The notes: generated by a model from the letters alone, not told the origin. Shown: positions 1 to 10,952, counted from the stretch's first letter. The stretch is DNA of 64,000 bases from an archaeon (GCA_024256285.1 JACGUG010000004.1:2359-66358); one strand, 5' to 3'. Numbers and translations: made by a program.

Positions 1-1113
1 TAAACCACATATCATCTCTTGAACGAACCATCACTCACCCGCATCATAAAGAGATAAGTATTCATATAACCGTATCCGAATCAAGCCGCTCAGTCGACTG
101 GTTTAGAAGAAGGATGTCAAAGATAATTATCAGAGAAGGCATCCGCTAGTAAAGAGTAATAAGCTACAGTCAATCAACAAATAGCGTGAAAGAAGAATAT
201 CCGATATGCCCAAAACACAAAGTGCGCATGAAGGCCGTTGGAGATGGTTTCGAATGCCCTGTATGCGCTCAAATAGCCAGCCAGCAGAGAGGGCGAAGAA
301 GACGCTAGTAGCCTAACGATTCGGCCTCTAATCTGCAATTAAGAAGCGTTGTCTGCCAAAGAAAACCGAAATTTGATTTTGCTGTCTTCAAAGACCGAGA
401 GGGAGGCTGACGATCAGAAACGCACGGAGGAGACAGCACATTGCCACACGTATCATATCACGAAGGGTCTAAAGAGCATGATCGTAAGCAAGATAAGGTA
501 GTTTGAAAAGTCCACGTTCACTCTTCTGTGTGACTGTTTAGGATTGGAGGCACTGTCTTTGAAGAATGTTTGTAGGAACCATCGCTGTGTAAGTTGCTGC
601 TGAATGCTACAGAGCGCTTAAATATGATGGTAAGATCGTTATTCTGGCCCAATCACATGAACAGTTGAGGCGTAAACCTCTGTTCGAGTTCTTCCCCGAA
701 GCAGTCGACAGGCAAATCAGCCTCTACACCAGCATTCCCGACCTGACCGCAATTTCTCGGAAAGGTAGGCTTCAAGTTGATCGAAACCTCTAGCTACTAC
801 TGGGCAGGTAGTGTCAAGCCAAGCGACTATATCGATGCCGCTGGAAGAAACCTTTGCTCAGAGCTTCTAGTCCTTCCAGACGAAGTGAGGTAACGGTGCA
901 TCAAGAGACTTGGTCACATCGCAAGGCGTGGCGACGAGCCTTTTAGAGATGATGATGCCAGCACTTTAGTTGTGGGCAAGAAAGAATACCTAGCGACTCG
1001 TCAGAAAACGTTTTCATTAATCCCTATGCTGGCCATGTAGAAGGTAGATTCCAATCATCTTGGAGCTAGAAGCCCTGAGCAAAGAGTTAAAGGGCGGTCG
1101 AGTCGGTGGTTAG

Positions 1114-1758
1114 ATGAGAGAATGTTTTGGCGCAAGCATGGTTCATAAGTCATCAGATAGAAACCTCAGCATAGCGTTGAGCGAGCTGTCTAGGCTTGCA
1201 GACAAGCTATACGTGAGTGACTTTGTGGTCGAACATGCAGCGTACACCTACCACAAGGCTCTTGGGAGAGGTTTGGTACGAGGAAGATCAATTTCAGGCA
1301 TGATCTCTGCTTCGTTGTATGAGGCATGCCAAAACACTAACACTCCTAGGACTCTCAAGGATGTTGCCAAGATAGTTAACATGAAGAAGAAGGATTTGGC
1401 AAAGTATTACTGCCTTCTAGTCAGAGAGTTGGGCCTAGCGATCCCCGTAGTGGATCCAGTCAAATGGGTATCGCGCATAGCAAGCAGGGCTAAACTATCT
1501 GAGAGGACCCAGAGGAGGGCATTCGAAATCTTGAATGTGGTAAAGGAGTCCAAGACTTCTGCTGGCAAGGATCCTATGGGTCTCGCAGCATCAGCACTCT
1601 ACCTTGCTAGCACAATGGCCCGTGAAGATGACCACACAGTCACACAGAAGGATATTGCGGAGGCAGCAGGAGTCACAGAGGTCACGATAAGGAACAGAAT
1701 CAAGGGGCTCAAACACCTATGGATCTTGAAGGAAGGTGAGAGGCATTACTCAATTTGA
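1114..1758 (+). CDS. tfb: Transcription factor B (TFIIB-type) core domain only; the N-terminal Zn-ribbon and B-reader are missing
   Basis: Two cyclin-fold repeats with TFB-like strings (DRNLSIALSEL..., RGRSISGMISASLYEAC, PRTLKDVA, GLAASALYLAS, TQKDIAEAAGVTEVTIRNR). An in-frame TAG lies immediately upstream of the ATG, and no Zn-ribbon is in frame. Confidence 0.7.
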   Translation: MRECFGASMVHKSSDRNLSIALSELSRLADKLYVSDFVVEHAAYTYHKALGRGLVRGRSISGMISASLYEACQNTNTPRTLKDVAKIVNMKKKDLAKYYCLLVRELGLAIPVVDPVKWVSRIASRAKLSERTQRRAFEILNVVKESKTSAGKDPMGLAASALYLASTMAREDDHTVTQKDIAEAAGVTEVTIRNRIKGLKHLWILKEGERHYSI

Positions 1759-1867
1759 ACAGCCTCTGTCCAAAGTGTTGTAAAAAGCTCCGCAGTGCTA
1801 AGGTTTTGAGGACTTATCTACACGATTCGGAATGTGGTGGGCAGAATGATGATGTAATGGTGGAAGC

Positions 1868-2273
1868 GTGTCCCTTGGCCTCTTAGGCGATGACAGCCTA
1901 CCTCAAAGAGACTATCGTTGCAAGGCGGTCGAAATGTTCTGGGCGTCATCATCGTTCGTAGAGAGGTTCAGATACTCTACTGGAAGAAACCGCTACACGG
2001 TGATCCTCAGCCCAAGGTACGGGTTACTTCTTCCCAACGACTTCATCAACCCAAACGCCGGCACACTCGAAGCAAAGACTCTGAAGCAGCGGTCAGATTG
2101 GGCGTCAAAAGTAATCAGCCAGATGAAGGATAGGCTGAATATGAAGTTAGATTGAAATCGCATTCTTCCACACCGATTACCTGCACTTCGAGCTCCTCGC
2201 CCCTCTTATCGAAGTATTGGGAATAAAAGTTGTCTTCGTGGATGAACAACCATCCACAAGTATAGAGCGGTAA
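1868..2273 (+). pseudogene. Possible frameshifted gene; by eye it resembles the DUF6884-type small-protein family
   Basis: The 95-aa ORF (…YTVILSPRYGLLLPNDFINPNAGTLE…) stops at 2155. A protein-like continuation (IEIAFFHTDYLHFELLAPLIEVLGIKVVFVDEQ…) runs in another frame to the TAA at 2271-2273. The family call is from memory only. Confidence 0.3.
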
Positions 2274-2508
2274 ACAGAAGGTTTGAACCTTCCCTTGATA
2301 ATAGACAGGTTAAGACGATGCATCTTCTACCTCCTATTTCGTCCCAAAATCACCATTAACCTATTTCGCCATGCTGCAAAGTTGACAGAACTTGGTTTGG
2401 GTAAAACAAATCGCGCTATAAATGCAGATAGAGAACATGGACTGTGCGCTGGCGTGTTGTGGTTGTATTGCTTGTTCGTTAAATAGGCGCACCATCCTCT
2501 ATAGATTC

Positions 2509-2895
2509 ATGAGCAGTCGGCCGAAGGTGCTAGTAGTCACTTATCCAGACGAGTTCGCCAAGCAGGAGGCAGTTGGTCTAGCTGAGGCAGCAGGATACCT
2601 AGTTGCCCATAAAGTCACCCAGAAGTATTTGAATCACGCTGAATATGGTGTCGGCTCTGGTAAGGCTGAGGAGCTCAAGGAGATAGCAAATCAAGTTGGG
2701 TCTGAAGCGATCATAGTTGATGAACGGCTGACATCATCCCAGATGAACAACCTTTCAAAGCTTACAGGACAGCAAGTCATAGATAGGGAGAAACTGATTC
2801 TCAACATCTTCTCAAAAAGAACACAGACCACTGAAGCAAAACCCGGCATGGTTAAAAGTCAGTCTTGCGGTTTGTTTGGTGGTACTTATGTCTGA
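2509..2895 (+). pseudogene. hflX: HflX GTPase N-terminal domain fragment; the G-domain is absent
   Basis: The stretch …GKAEELKEIANQVGSEAIIVDERLTSSQMNNLSKLTGQQVIDREKLILNIFSKRTQTTEAK matches the HflX N-terminal domain pattern. The expected LQVELAQL… and GTPase motifs do not follow, and the ORF ends after a few unrelated residues. Confidence 0.55.
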
Positions 2896-3184
2896 TTGGA
2901 TCCAAGCAAGAAATGAGGCGAGGGTGAGGATCAGCAAATTATCTCCCAAGGATCGATTGGAGTATGTCGACGCTTGCATTCAATGCGTAAATGCGGTTGG
3001 GCATAGCAGCTGGGGTTGGCTACAGTGGTTATCAAACCCCTCTCTAATGTCTGGGTTTGACGAGCCTACATTGAAGGATTTCTTTGAGAAGCTAAAAGAG
3101 TTCGCCCTCGCATTTATAGAGTTTGACGTAGAGGCAACTAGAAAAGGGATGAAACCTGAGTTACAGGAGAAGCCCTACCGCTAG
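2876..3184 (+). CDS. Hypothetical small protein (102 aa)
   Basis: The ORF has protein-like composition (…WGWLQWLSNPSLMSGFDEPTLKDFFEKLKEFALAFIEFD…). I did not recognise a family. The start could be the ATG at 2888. Confidence 0.35.
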   Translation: MVVLMSDWIQARNEARVRISKLSPKDRLEYVDACIQCVNAVGHSSWGWLQWLSNPSLMSGFDEPTLKDFFEKLKEFALAFIEFDVEATRKGMKPELQEKPYR

Positions 3185-3276
3185 AAAGCCAATGTCATAA
3201 TCTTCTGCATTTACGACTCCGACAATGTTTGCAAAAGATTGATATATGCGATTGACGCAATCATGTTGAGAGATTT

Positions 3277-3516
3277 TTGAGCTACGAACGGAGAGGAGGT
3301 TATCGGCCGGGGGGCTTCAGACCCAAGCCTGTAGAGGTAGGTAAGGAATATGAGGTTGACGTCTCTGAGGTGAGTAGGAGGGGTGAAGGTATAGCGAGAA
3401 TTCAGGGATTCGTCATCTTCGTCTCTGGGGCGAGGGCTGGACAGCGTGTTAAGATCAGAGTCACACGAGTCGGGGAAAGGTTTGCCAATGCAGAAATAGT
3501 TCGTCCAGCAACCTAG
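3277..3516 (+). CDS. TRAM domain protein (small archaeal OB-fold RNA-binding protein)
   Basis: There is an RGG-rich N-terminus followed by EYEVDVSEVSRRGEGIARIQGFVIFVSGARAGQRVKIRVTRVGERFANAEIV, the typical TRAM pattern. The start codon is TTG. Confidence 0.8.
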   Translation: MSYERRGGYRPGGFRPKPVEVGKEYEVDVSEVSRRGEGIARIQGFVIFVSGARAGQRVKIRVTRVGERFANAEIVRPAT

Positions 3517-4607
3517 CTAAATCATTATACACGGCGTGAAGACATTGTCAGAAAAGGTTTCGAAAGCTCCGCCCCCGTCGAATCTTCCATGCAGAAGATA
3601 TTGGACGAGTATTCGCCCTGAATGCAAGAAATGTGGAGATAAGATGAAGTGTCCAATGTATCTAACTAACTGGAAGAAACATCGAAAGCTCATGAGGAGA
3701 TAAATATGACCGTCGAGAAGGTATGTAAGAATTGCATCTGCTTTGAAGGCCGAAGGGGCAATCCCTACTGTTGCTCCCTCATTGAACAGAAGGCTATACG
3801 GCGATGCCACATACACTTTTCCTATAGATACCGGGGTATTTGAGGAGTGATGCCCAGATGTGTCTGTGAAGACAAGCCTTGAAGACTACTAGAACACCGC
3901 CATACTCCTAATTCATGACCTGAGCTAAGGTGAGGTGGCGGAGGAGTAAATGTGCCCTCAAGTTGACTACGTTTTAGGACAAACCCTCAGCAGGTTGTGA
4001 ATCATCACACGCTGACATACGGGCTAATTTGCATGTATGAGCTGGCGAAACGTATGTGGGACTATGGGCATAATGCCTTGAAGACAGAAGGCTCAGATGA
4101 AAAGCTGCTTGCAAACGAACTGGTTGAAGCCAGCTTTGCCTACCTCAAAAGGCTACGTCAGTGAACTCTGGCAATCTCCAGTATAGTCAAGGCTCCCGCC
4201 TCGATGAAGACGGAACGCCTAGATACCCAAGTGAACGCGCATCGTTCGGGATGAAGTGAACACCGCTCCAGGCTGAGTCCCACATAGCTCCTGTGGACTG
4301 ATGACCTCGCGACGAAACTGACCACAAACACCTCCCAAGGCTTCATCTCCCTCCTGCTGTACCAATCGGATGCCACCGACTCTGCCGGCTTCTAGCCCAG
4401 TTCCTGCAGATTCTCTACCCAGCACTTCATAGCAGTCTTAATATGTTCTGTCTCTCCCATTCCAGGTGACCTCGAAGGGCAATAATCCGGATTGGCATTC
4501 GAGTACCGCGCCGGCTAATATGGATCATTGCCTTCTCTAGGAAACCTTAAACAAGACATTTCCGCAAGACTAGCAGGAGAATCCGCAGAGGAATTGGTGA
4601 TATTCTA

Positions 4608-5873
4608 ATGAACCAGTTTGATGAACTACATCTTAGTCCAGAGATTCTTAGAGCCGTGGATGAAATAGGGTTCAGGGAACTTTTCCCCATACAGGCTCGA
4701 GCCATACAGCCTCTCTTAGAGGGAAGGGATGTAATAGGGCAGGCTCATAGCGGCACTGGAAAGACTGCTGCGTACTCTCTGCCTATGCTCAAGAAGATTG
4801 ACACCAGCATAGCAGAGGTGCAAGGATTGGTGCTTACGCCGACCCGAGAACTGGCGGTCCAGGTGGCTGGAGAGATAAAGAGGTTTGGTAAGTATTCGGG
4901 GGCCAGGGTGGCGGCGATCTACGGTGGTCAGGGCATAACTTTGCAGATTAACATCTTCAAGAGGCTGGTTCACATAGTGGTTGGGACACCGGGCAGGCTG
5001 ATAGATCACCTTATAAGAAAGACCTTCAGCCTCGACTCTGCTAGAATCGTAGTGCTCGATGAAGCCGACACGATGCTCGACATGGGCTTCCTGGATGATG
5101 TGAAGTTCATACTTGCCCAAACGCCTGGGGACAGGCAGACCAGCCTCTTCTCAGCCACGATGCCCCCTGAAATCATTGAGCTAGCCCAAAGACATCTGAA
5201 GAACCCTGTCAAAATCCTCCTCAGCGAAGAGGAGCTCGGACTAGAAGGGATAGACCAGTTCTACATCAACGTGCAGAGGAAGGAGAAGATCGAAACCTTA
5301 CGCTGGCTCCTAGACCATTTTAAGGTAAAGCAGTCAATCATCTTCTGCAACACCAAAGTGATGGTGAGTAAACTGGGTGAAAGGCTGAAGCGAGACGGAT
5401 ACCCTGCGCTGTCCTTACATGGAGACTTGAGGCAGTCGCAGAGAGACCTAGCCATGAGACGTTTCAGGGAAGGAGGAAGAATTCTGCTGGTGGCAACGGA
5501 CGTAGCGGCAAGAGGGATAGACGTACCTCAAGTAACTCACGTAATCAACTACGACGTACCCCGATACTCGCTACTCTACTTTCACAGGATAGGAAGGACA
5601 GCGAGGGCCGGCGGAACGGGGACAGCCATAACCCTAGTGACAGGGCAAGAACAGCAAGACCTACAACGAATAAGGTCAAGAACGAACATATCCATCAGGG
5701 AAATAACCCACTCGTTCGGGCCCAGACCATCCAAACCTTTGCCGGCGAGAAAGAAGTCAAGCAGGATGCGAACGCCAAGAGAAGAAGATTGGAAGAAACG
5801 GTTAAGAAGAAGCCGCAGGCAGCGCAGAGGACAGCCCGGAGCCAGGGGCAGAAGATTCTCGCGAACTTCTTGA
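4608..5873 (+). CDS. DEAD-box ATP-dependent RNA helicase with an Arg/Lys-rich C-terminal tail
   Basis: Motifs are present in the canonical order: AHSGTGKT, PTRELA, DEAD (VLDEADTMLDMGF), SAT, ARGID, HRIGRTARAG. Confidence 0.9.
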   Translation: MNQFDELHLSPEILRAVDEIGFRELFPIQARAIQPLLEGRDVIGQAHSGTGKTAAYSLPMLKKIDTSIAEVQGLVLTPTRELAVQVAGEIKRFGKYSGARVAAIYGGQGITLQINIFKRLVHIVVGTPGRLIDHLIRKTFSLDSARIVVLDEADTMLDMGFLDDVKFILAQTPGDRQTSLFSATMPPEIIELAQRHLKNPVKILLSEEELGLEGIDQFYINVQRKEKIETLRWLLDHFKVKQSIIFCNTKVMVSKLGERLKRDGYPALSLHGDLRQSQRDLAMRRFREGGRILLVATDVAARGIDVPQVTHVINYDVPRYSLLYFHRIGRTARAGGTGTAITLVTGQEQQDLQRIRSRTNISIREITHSFGPRPSKPLPARKKSSRMRTPREEDWKKRLRRSRRQRRGQPGARGRRFSRTS

Positions 5874-6005
5874 CGCTAGAGGCCGGAACATTTCGATTCA
5901 AATCGCACCAGACCCTAACCCTCGATCTCCTTTGAATCTACCGGTAAATTAGTGTTGAAATCCCACCCCCCGCACCAATTGCTGTAAAGGTCAAGGAAAG
6001 GTAAA

Positions 6006-6413
6006 CTAACGATGCTCATCCAGCCTTCTCCTCTCAACCATTATACAAAGCCCGCTAATGCAGTCCATGGCGTTCTCTTTGCAGAAGTTGATGGTTCCCT
6101 TGGATTCGGAGCCGGGTTGCATCCAGACCTTCGTTATACCTAACTCCTTGCAGGTCTTGACGATCTCCTCAGTGACCTTCGGGGGAACCACGATGTCGAC
6201 GACATCGGGCTTCACAGGCAAGAATCCAAGATCAGGATAGCATCTCTCCCCCAGAATCTCCTCGGCGTTCGGGTTGACCGGGTAGACCTTGTATCCTGCC
6301 TCCTTCAAGTCCCTATAGACTCGGTGGCCGTACTTGTTGGGGTCTCTGCTGACTCCTACAACTGCGATTACATTCCTCTCGTCAAGGAACTCCCTTATCA
6401 GCCCAGGTTTCAT
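6006..6413 (-). CDS. CoA-binding domain protein (YccU-like)
   Basis: IAVVGVSRDPNKYGHRVYRDLKEAGYKVYPVNPN… is the typical CoA_binding_2 N-terminus. Length is 135 aa. Confidence 0.75.
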   Translation of the reverse strand: MKPGLIREFLDERNVIAVVGVSRDPNKYGHRVYRDLKEAGYKVYPVNPNAEEILGERCYPDLGFLPVKPDVVDIVVPPKVTEEIVKTCKELGITKVWMQPGSESKGTINFCKENAMDCISGLCIMVERRRLDEHR

Positions 6414-6842
6414 CCCTGCTTCCCTATCATTAGGCTTATTCGTCAGATAAATCTTTAAACTTTAGATGAGTTTTAACTCCTCCTAAAAGCTCCAAGAAGG
6501 TCTTAACTTTCTCAAGCTGGAAATAAAGCATCTGAGCTTAAGACGAGGAATCAGAGACTTACTTCTTTTCCATGAGAACTAAGTAGAAGCATCTCGTTAT
6601 ACCATCTTGGAAGCACCATTAATCGGCTTTCTTACATTAATTATCACCATTTAGAAGGATTGAAAGTCCGCTCGATTTTGATGCTTGGGTGGTAAGAAGA
6701 ATGAGTGGGAAGTTCGTATATACAGCAAGAGATTAGATTAGATAACCCGTTTCTTATATGAAATGGTTGACTACAGACGCCTAAATGATAAAACTTAAAA
6801 AAAGAAGATGAGCTAACAGAACAAAAGAGGTGATAAATAAAA

Positions 6843-7454
6843 TTGGAAACGACCAATTACGTTCTACCAAAACTGCCTTACGGATACAAGGAGTTGGAGC
6901 CACATATGTCCGAAGAACAGTTAAAGATACACCACCAAAAGCATCACCAATCATATGTCAATGGTGCAAATGCGATATTTGAGAATCTCAAAAAAGCACG
7001 AAGAGACGGCATCGATCTGGATGTTAAATCTACTTTAAAGGCGCTATCTTTCAACATAGGGGGCCATATCCTACACTCGTTATTCTGGGACAATTTGGCA
7101 CCGACCGGCAAAGGCGGTGGAAAGCCAGGCGGGGTTTTGGGCGATACCATCGAGAAGGAGTTTGGGAGTCTTGAAAGGTTCAAAAAGGAGTTCACACAAG
7201 CTGCTAGTAGCGTAGAAGGATCTGGATGGGCAGCACTAACTTTCCAAAAGCAGATTAATAGACCGATAATAATGCAGATAGAGAAGCACAACACCAACAT
7301 CTACCCCACGTTCGGAATTTTGATGGTTCTAGATGTCTTTGAGCATGCATACTACATCGATTACAAGAACGAAAGAGGCAAATTCACCGAAGCCTTCTGG
7401 AATATCGTTAACTGGGATGAAGTAAACAAAAGGCTTGAAAGATTGTCTAAGTGA
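6843..7454 (+). CDS. sod: Fe/Mn superoxide dismutase
   Basis: [30 protein letters not shown] and [13 protein letters not shown] are hallmark SOD motifs. The start codon is TTG. Confidence 0.9.
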   Translation: METTNYVLPKLPYGYKELEPHMSEEQLKIHHQKHHQSYVNGANAIFENLKKARRDGIDLDVKSTLKALSFNIGGHILHSLFWDNLAPTGKGGGKPGGVLGDTIEKEFGSLERFKKEFTQAASSVEGSGWAALTFQKQINRPIIMQIEKHNTNIYPTFGILMVLDVFEHAYYIDYKNERGKFTEAFWNIVNWDEVNKRLERLSK

Positions 7455-7639
7455 TCATCGCAACGCCCGTGGTCTGTAGAATCTGAGAAATTCAAGGGCG
7501 GCCTTCACACGATCCTACAGACTGCTACGTACGTTAATCTTCACTCTCGCCTTCACATCATAAAAACTTGGATCGATGCTAGAAAGGAGAGAAGAAGTTC
7601 TAGCAGGTGAAGAGGTAGGATAACTGAGCCTTTCTAGAT

Positions 7640-8638
7640 CTACTGTCGCCAAACTCCATATATCTTTTCACCACAGTAGGGGCATCTTGAATCTTTAATG
7701 TCATACCGATTAACTCGGTAGCCATACCGTTCGATCAGTAATCTTCTACAGTTAGGGCAGTATGTGTTTTCTCCTTCTCCAGGAATGTTCCCTTGATAGA
7801 TATGCTTCAAGCCGATCTCTAGCCCTATCTTCTTGGCTCTATCGAGGGTTTCTACAGGCGTTGGCGCCAGATCTAAGAGCCTATAAGCCGGATAGAACTG
7901 CGTTACATGCCAAGGGATACTTTCATCGAGGCCTTTTATGAATTCGGCAATCTTCTTGAAGTTTTCTTCAGAGTCGTTAAGAGACGGGATAACCAAGGTT
8001 GTGATCTCGATCCATATCCCCATCTCCTTGTGTAGCCTTATCGAATCCAAGACAGGTTTTAAGCGGGCTCCACATATCTTCCTATAGAATTCATCGCTGA
8101 AGCTTTTTAGGTCGATATTGGCCGCGTCTAGGTAGGGAGCCATAACCCTTAGAGCTTCCTCAGTTATATATCCGTTGGTGACGAAGATGTTTCTGATGCC
8201 TTCTTTGCTGGCCAATTTAGCCGTCTCATAAGCATATTCGAAGAAGATGGTAGGTTCCGTATAGGTGTAAGCTATACTCTCACAATTGTAATGTTTTGCA
8301 GTATCGACAATTTCATTGGGAGTTACATCATCGCCGATAACAGGTTTTTGAGGCTTAGGCATCTGCGAGATGTCAAAGTTCTGGCAGTTTAAACAACGAA
8401 AATTGCAGCCAACCGTGGCTATGGAATAAGCTCGCGATCCTGGAAGGAAATGAAATAAAGGCTTCTTTTCGATGGGGTCAACGGAGCTTGCTATAAGTTT
8501 GCCGTAAACCAGTGAGTACAGAGTTCCGTCGATGTTCTCGCGTACGCCGCAGATACCTCTTTTGCCCTTATTGATTCTACAGTGGTGGCTACATAGATGA
8601 CATTGGACAAGGTCTCCTCCGAGTTTCTCGTAGAACAT
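7640..8638 (-). CDS. amrS: AmmeMemoRadiSam-system radical SAM enzyme
   Basis: The N-terminus has CHLCSHHCRI…GICGVR. A CNFRCLNCQN radical SAM triad follows, with overall PflA-like architecture. Confidence 0.8.
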   Translation of the reverse strand: MFYEKLGGDLVQCHLCSHHCRINKGKRGICGVRENIDGTLYSLVYGKLIASSVDPIEKKPLFHFLPGSRAYSIATVGCNFRCLNCQNFDISQMPKPQKPVIGDDVTPNEIVDTAKHYNCESIAYTYTEPTIFFEYAYETAKLASKEGIRNIFVTNGYITEEALRVMAPYLDAANIDLKSFSDEFYRKICGARLKPVLDSIRLHKEMGIWIEITTLVIPSLNDSEENFKKIAEFIKGLDESIPWHVTQFYPAYRLLDLAPTPVETLDRAKKIGLEIGLKHIYQGNIPGEGENTYCPNCRRLLIERYGYRVNRYDIKDSRCPYCGEKIYGVWRQ

Positions 8639-8886
8639 GGCTTCTTTAATTACAATCTCCCCAACTTAGATTTTGTATACTTCAAAAATTTAAACCTTGG
8701 TAGATCGAACGACCCTTCACATAAACTAACGTAAAGAGGTAGAACCTTCTAGAAGAAGGCATTGAAAGAGAAGAAAAGTTACTGAATCGAAGAGATGCCT
8801 TATGAAGTAGCGCATCAACTACTCTGTTCGAAAAGTTAATGAAAGAATTTATTAGAGATGCTTTTATCATCTAAACTTGATGTCTG

Positions 8887-9024
8887 ATGAGCAACCTAAG
8901 GCTCCTGTGCCAAAAGTACGGTAGCAGAGAGTGCCCGCTTCGAGGGACCGACGGCACCATATATGACATGTGCCCCTTATGTGAACCGGAGTTCTATCTG
9001 CAGAAGCCAGCTTCAGAAAAATAA
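8887..9024 (+). CDS. Candidate 45-aa four-Cys (zinc-ribbon-like) protein, below the ORF-track cutoff
   Basis: ATG…TAA encodes MSNLRLLCQKYGSRECPLRGTDGTIYDMCPLCEPEFYLQKPASEK. It lies in a 590-bp gap where the tracked minus-strand ORFs look spurious. There is no homology evidence. Confidence 0.3.
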   Translation: MSNLRLLCQKYGSRECPLRGTDGTIYDMCPLCEPEFYLQKPASEK

Positions 9025-9229
9025 GATAGAAGCCATGCTGTAGGATGTAAAGGTCTTTACAAGGGCCTAGGCCACACCCAGCCAAAGACCGGCCGATTTA
9101 ACTTTTATTCGTGATACTCTCATATAGTTAGGATGCTTTTCGCCAGACATTCTTTGTGACATTCTAAAACTTCAAAAGTCTACTTTAACTCATTATTACT
9201 TATATACCCCAAAGAAACACTTCGAAAAC

Positions 9230-10951
9230 ATGGTTGAATTTAACTTTCGAGTGGGTGGTGAAGCGGGGCAAGGCATTCAAACCATCGGATACATCTTGGC
9301 CAAGACCTTGGCAAGAGGGAACATGCATGTGCATGCTTCACAGGACTACGAGTCGAGGATAAGGGGAGGCCACAACTTCTTCCACATAAGGGTTTCCGAG
9401 AATCCTGTCTACGGAACTTCAGAGAAGGTAGATCTGCTGATCGCCCTTAACAGAGAAACGGTCGACCTACACACGAAAGCTCTGACTGAGAAAGGGGTAG
9501 CAGTATTTGACGGAGAGAAGACCAAGATCGAAAAGAGAGACCCTTCTCAATTCGATGTGCCCTTTGAACGCTTGGCTGTGGAAACCTCTGGGAACAAGAT
9601 ATTTGCCAACACTGTGGCGACTGGAGCAGCCCTCAGCCTCGTCAAATACGACTTCGACATATTAAGTGAAGTGCTGACAGAAATCTTTAGGGCAAAGAGT
9701 AAACAGGTGGCAGAGGATAACGTCAAAGCAGCCGAGGCAGGATACAGATACACCGAGGAGAATTTCAAAGGAGAGGTGGCATGTGAACTAAAACCTGTTG
9801 AAGGCCCTAGAAGGATTCTGATCAATGGAAACGAAGCTGTTGCCCTAGGTGCCATGGCAGCAGGGTGCAAATTCATGAGCGGCTATCCCATGACACCCTC
9901 AACCGGAATACTACAGTACATGATGAACAAGTCAAGTGACTTCAACCTCGTAGTGGAGCAGGCGGAAGATGAAATCGCGGCCCTGAACATGGCTATAGGC
10001 GCTTCCTTCACAGGTGTAAGAGCCATGACTGCCACATCAGGAGGGGGCTTCTCGCTTATGGTTGAAGCATTCAGCCTTGCAGGCATGACAGAAACCCCTG
10101 TTGTAGTTGTTTTAGGTCAGAGACCAGGTCCAAGTACAGGCTTCCCGACTAGAACTGAACAAGGTGAGCTAGAGTTTGTCATTCATACCTCTCATGGAGA
10201 GTTCGCTAGAGCCATACTGGCACCAAGAGATGCGGAAGACGCCTTCTACTTGATGAATAAAGCCTTCAACATAGCTGAAAGGTATCAGATCCCTGTCGTA
10301 GTGTTGACAGACGAATATCTGGCAGACTCTTATTGGACCGTGGATCGGTTCGACTTCTCCAAGATAGTTATCGATAGGGGAGAGCTGCTCTCCGAAGAGG
10401 AGGCTTCAAAGATCAAAGACTATGTCAGACACAAATTCACCGAGTCCGGAGTCTCCCCTCGGGCACTTCCAGGGTATCCAGGAGTGCTGGTAGTCACGGA
10501 TAGCGATGAACATACGGAAGACGGCCATATCACAGAGTCCGCTGAAATCCGTGTCAAGATGGTTCAGAAAAGGGTTTGGAAGACCAAGGGATTGGAGAAG
10601 GAGATGGTTCCTCTATCCTATGGCCCTGAAAAGGCAGGAACGGTTTTTCTAGGCTGGGGCTCCACCTACGGCGCCATTAGAGAAGCTGTCGATCTCCTAA
10701 ATGAAGAAGGGTTCGAGGTAAGGATGCTTCATTTCAACGCCCTCTGGCCCTTCCCTACAGATGCAGTCATAGATGCTTTGAAGGGCTCAGAAAAGAGGGT
10801 CATGATCGAAAGTAACGCTACAAGTCAGCTGGCTAGGGTCCTTCGAGCCGAAACAGGTATACAGATGACGAACAAGATCCTCAGATACGATGGGAGGCCA
10901 ATCACAAGCAACTACATAATTCAGGCCTTCAAGATGGAGGTGAGAGCCTAA
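9230..10951 (+). CDS. 2-oxoacid:ferredoxin oxidoreductase alpha subunit with a fused gamma-like N-terminal domain
   Basis: The gamma-like start GGEAGQGIQT is followed by an alpha domain with GYPMTPST. Length is 573 aa, and the beta subunit follows 1 nt later. Confidence 0.85.
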   Translation: MVEFNFRVGGEAGQGIQTIGYILAKTLARGNMHVHASQDYESRIRGGHNFFHIRVSENPVYGTSEKVDLLIALNRETVDLHTKALTEKGVAVFDGEKTKIEKRDPSQFDVPFERLAVETSGNKIFANTVATGAALSLVKYDFDILSEVLTEIFRAKSKQVAEDNVKAAEAGYRYTEENFKGEVACELKPVEGPRRILINGNEAVALGAMAAGCKFMSGYPMTPSTGILQYMMNKSSDFNLVVEQAEDEIAALNMAIGASFTGVRAMTATSGGGFSLMVEAFSLAGMTETPVVVVLGQRPGPSTGFPTRTEQGELEFVIHTSHGEFARAILAPRDAEDAFYLMNKAFNIAERYQIPVVVLTDEYLADSYWTVDRFDFSKIVIDRGELLSEEEASKIKDYVRHKFTESGVSPRALPGYPGVLVVTDSDEHTEDGHITESAEIRVKMVQKRVWKTKGLEKEMVPLSYGPEKAGTVFLGWGSTYGAIREAVDLLNEEGFEVRMLHFNALWPFPTDAVIDALKGSEKRVMIESNATSQLARVLRAETGIQMTNKILRYDGRPITSNYIIQAFKMEVRA

Positions 10952-10952
10952 G

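Noticed and set aside
440-520. Strings faintly reminiscent of RNase P RNA conserved regions (GAAAAGTCC, TAAAGAGCA, AGCAAG).
   Set aside because: The order and spacing are wrong: the CR-I-like string lies downstream of the others, which are only about 8 nt apart. The matches are imperfect and no P4 pairing partner is found.
3517-3816. A 99-aa minus-strand ORF. The 8682-8870 and 8867-9085 minus-strand ORFs are similar cases.
   Set aside because: They have implausible amino-acid composition and no motifs. The opposite strand carries short Cys-rich ORFs with more protein-like sequence. All of these remain low confidence.
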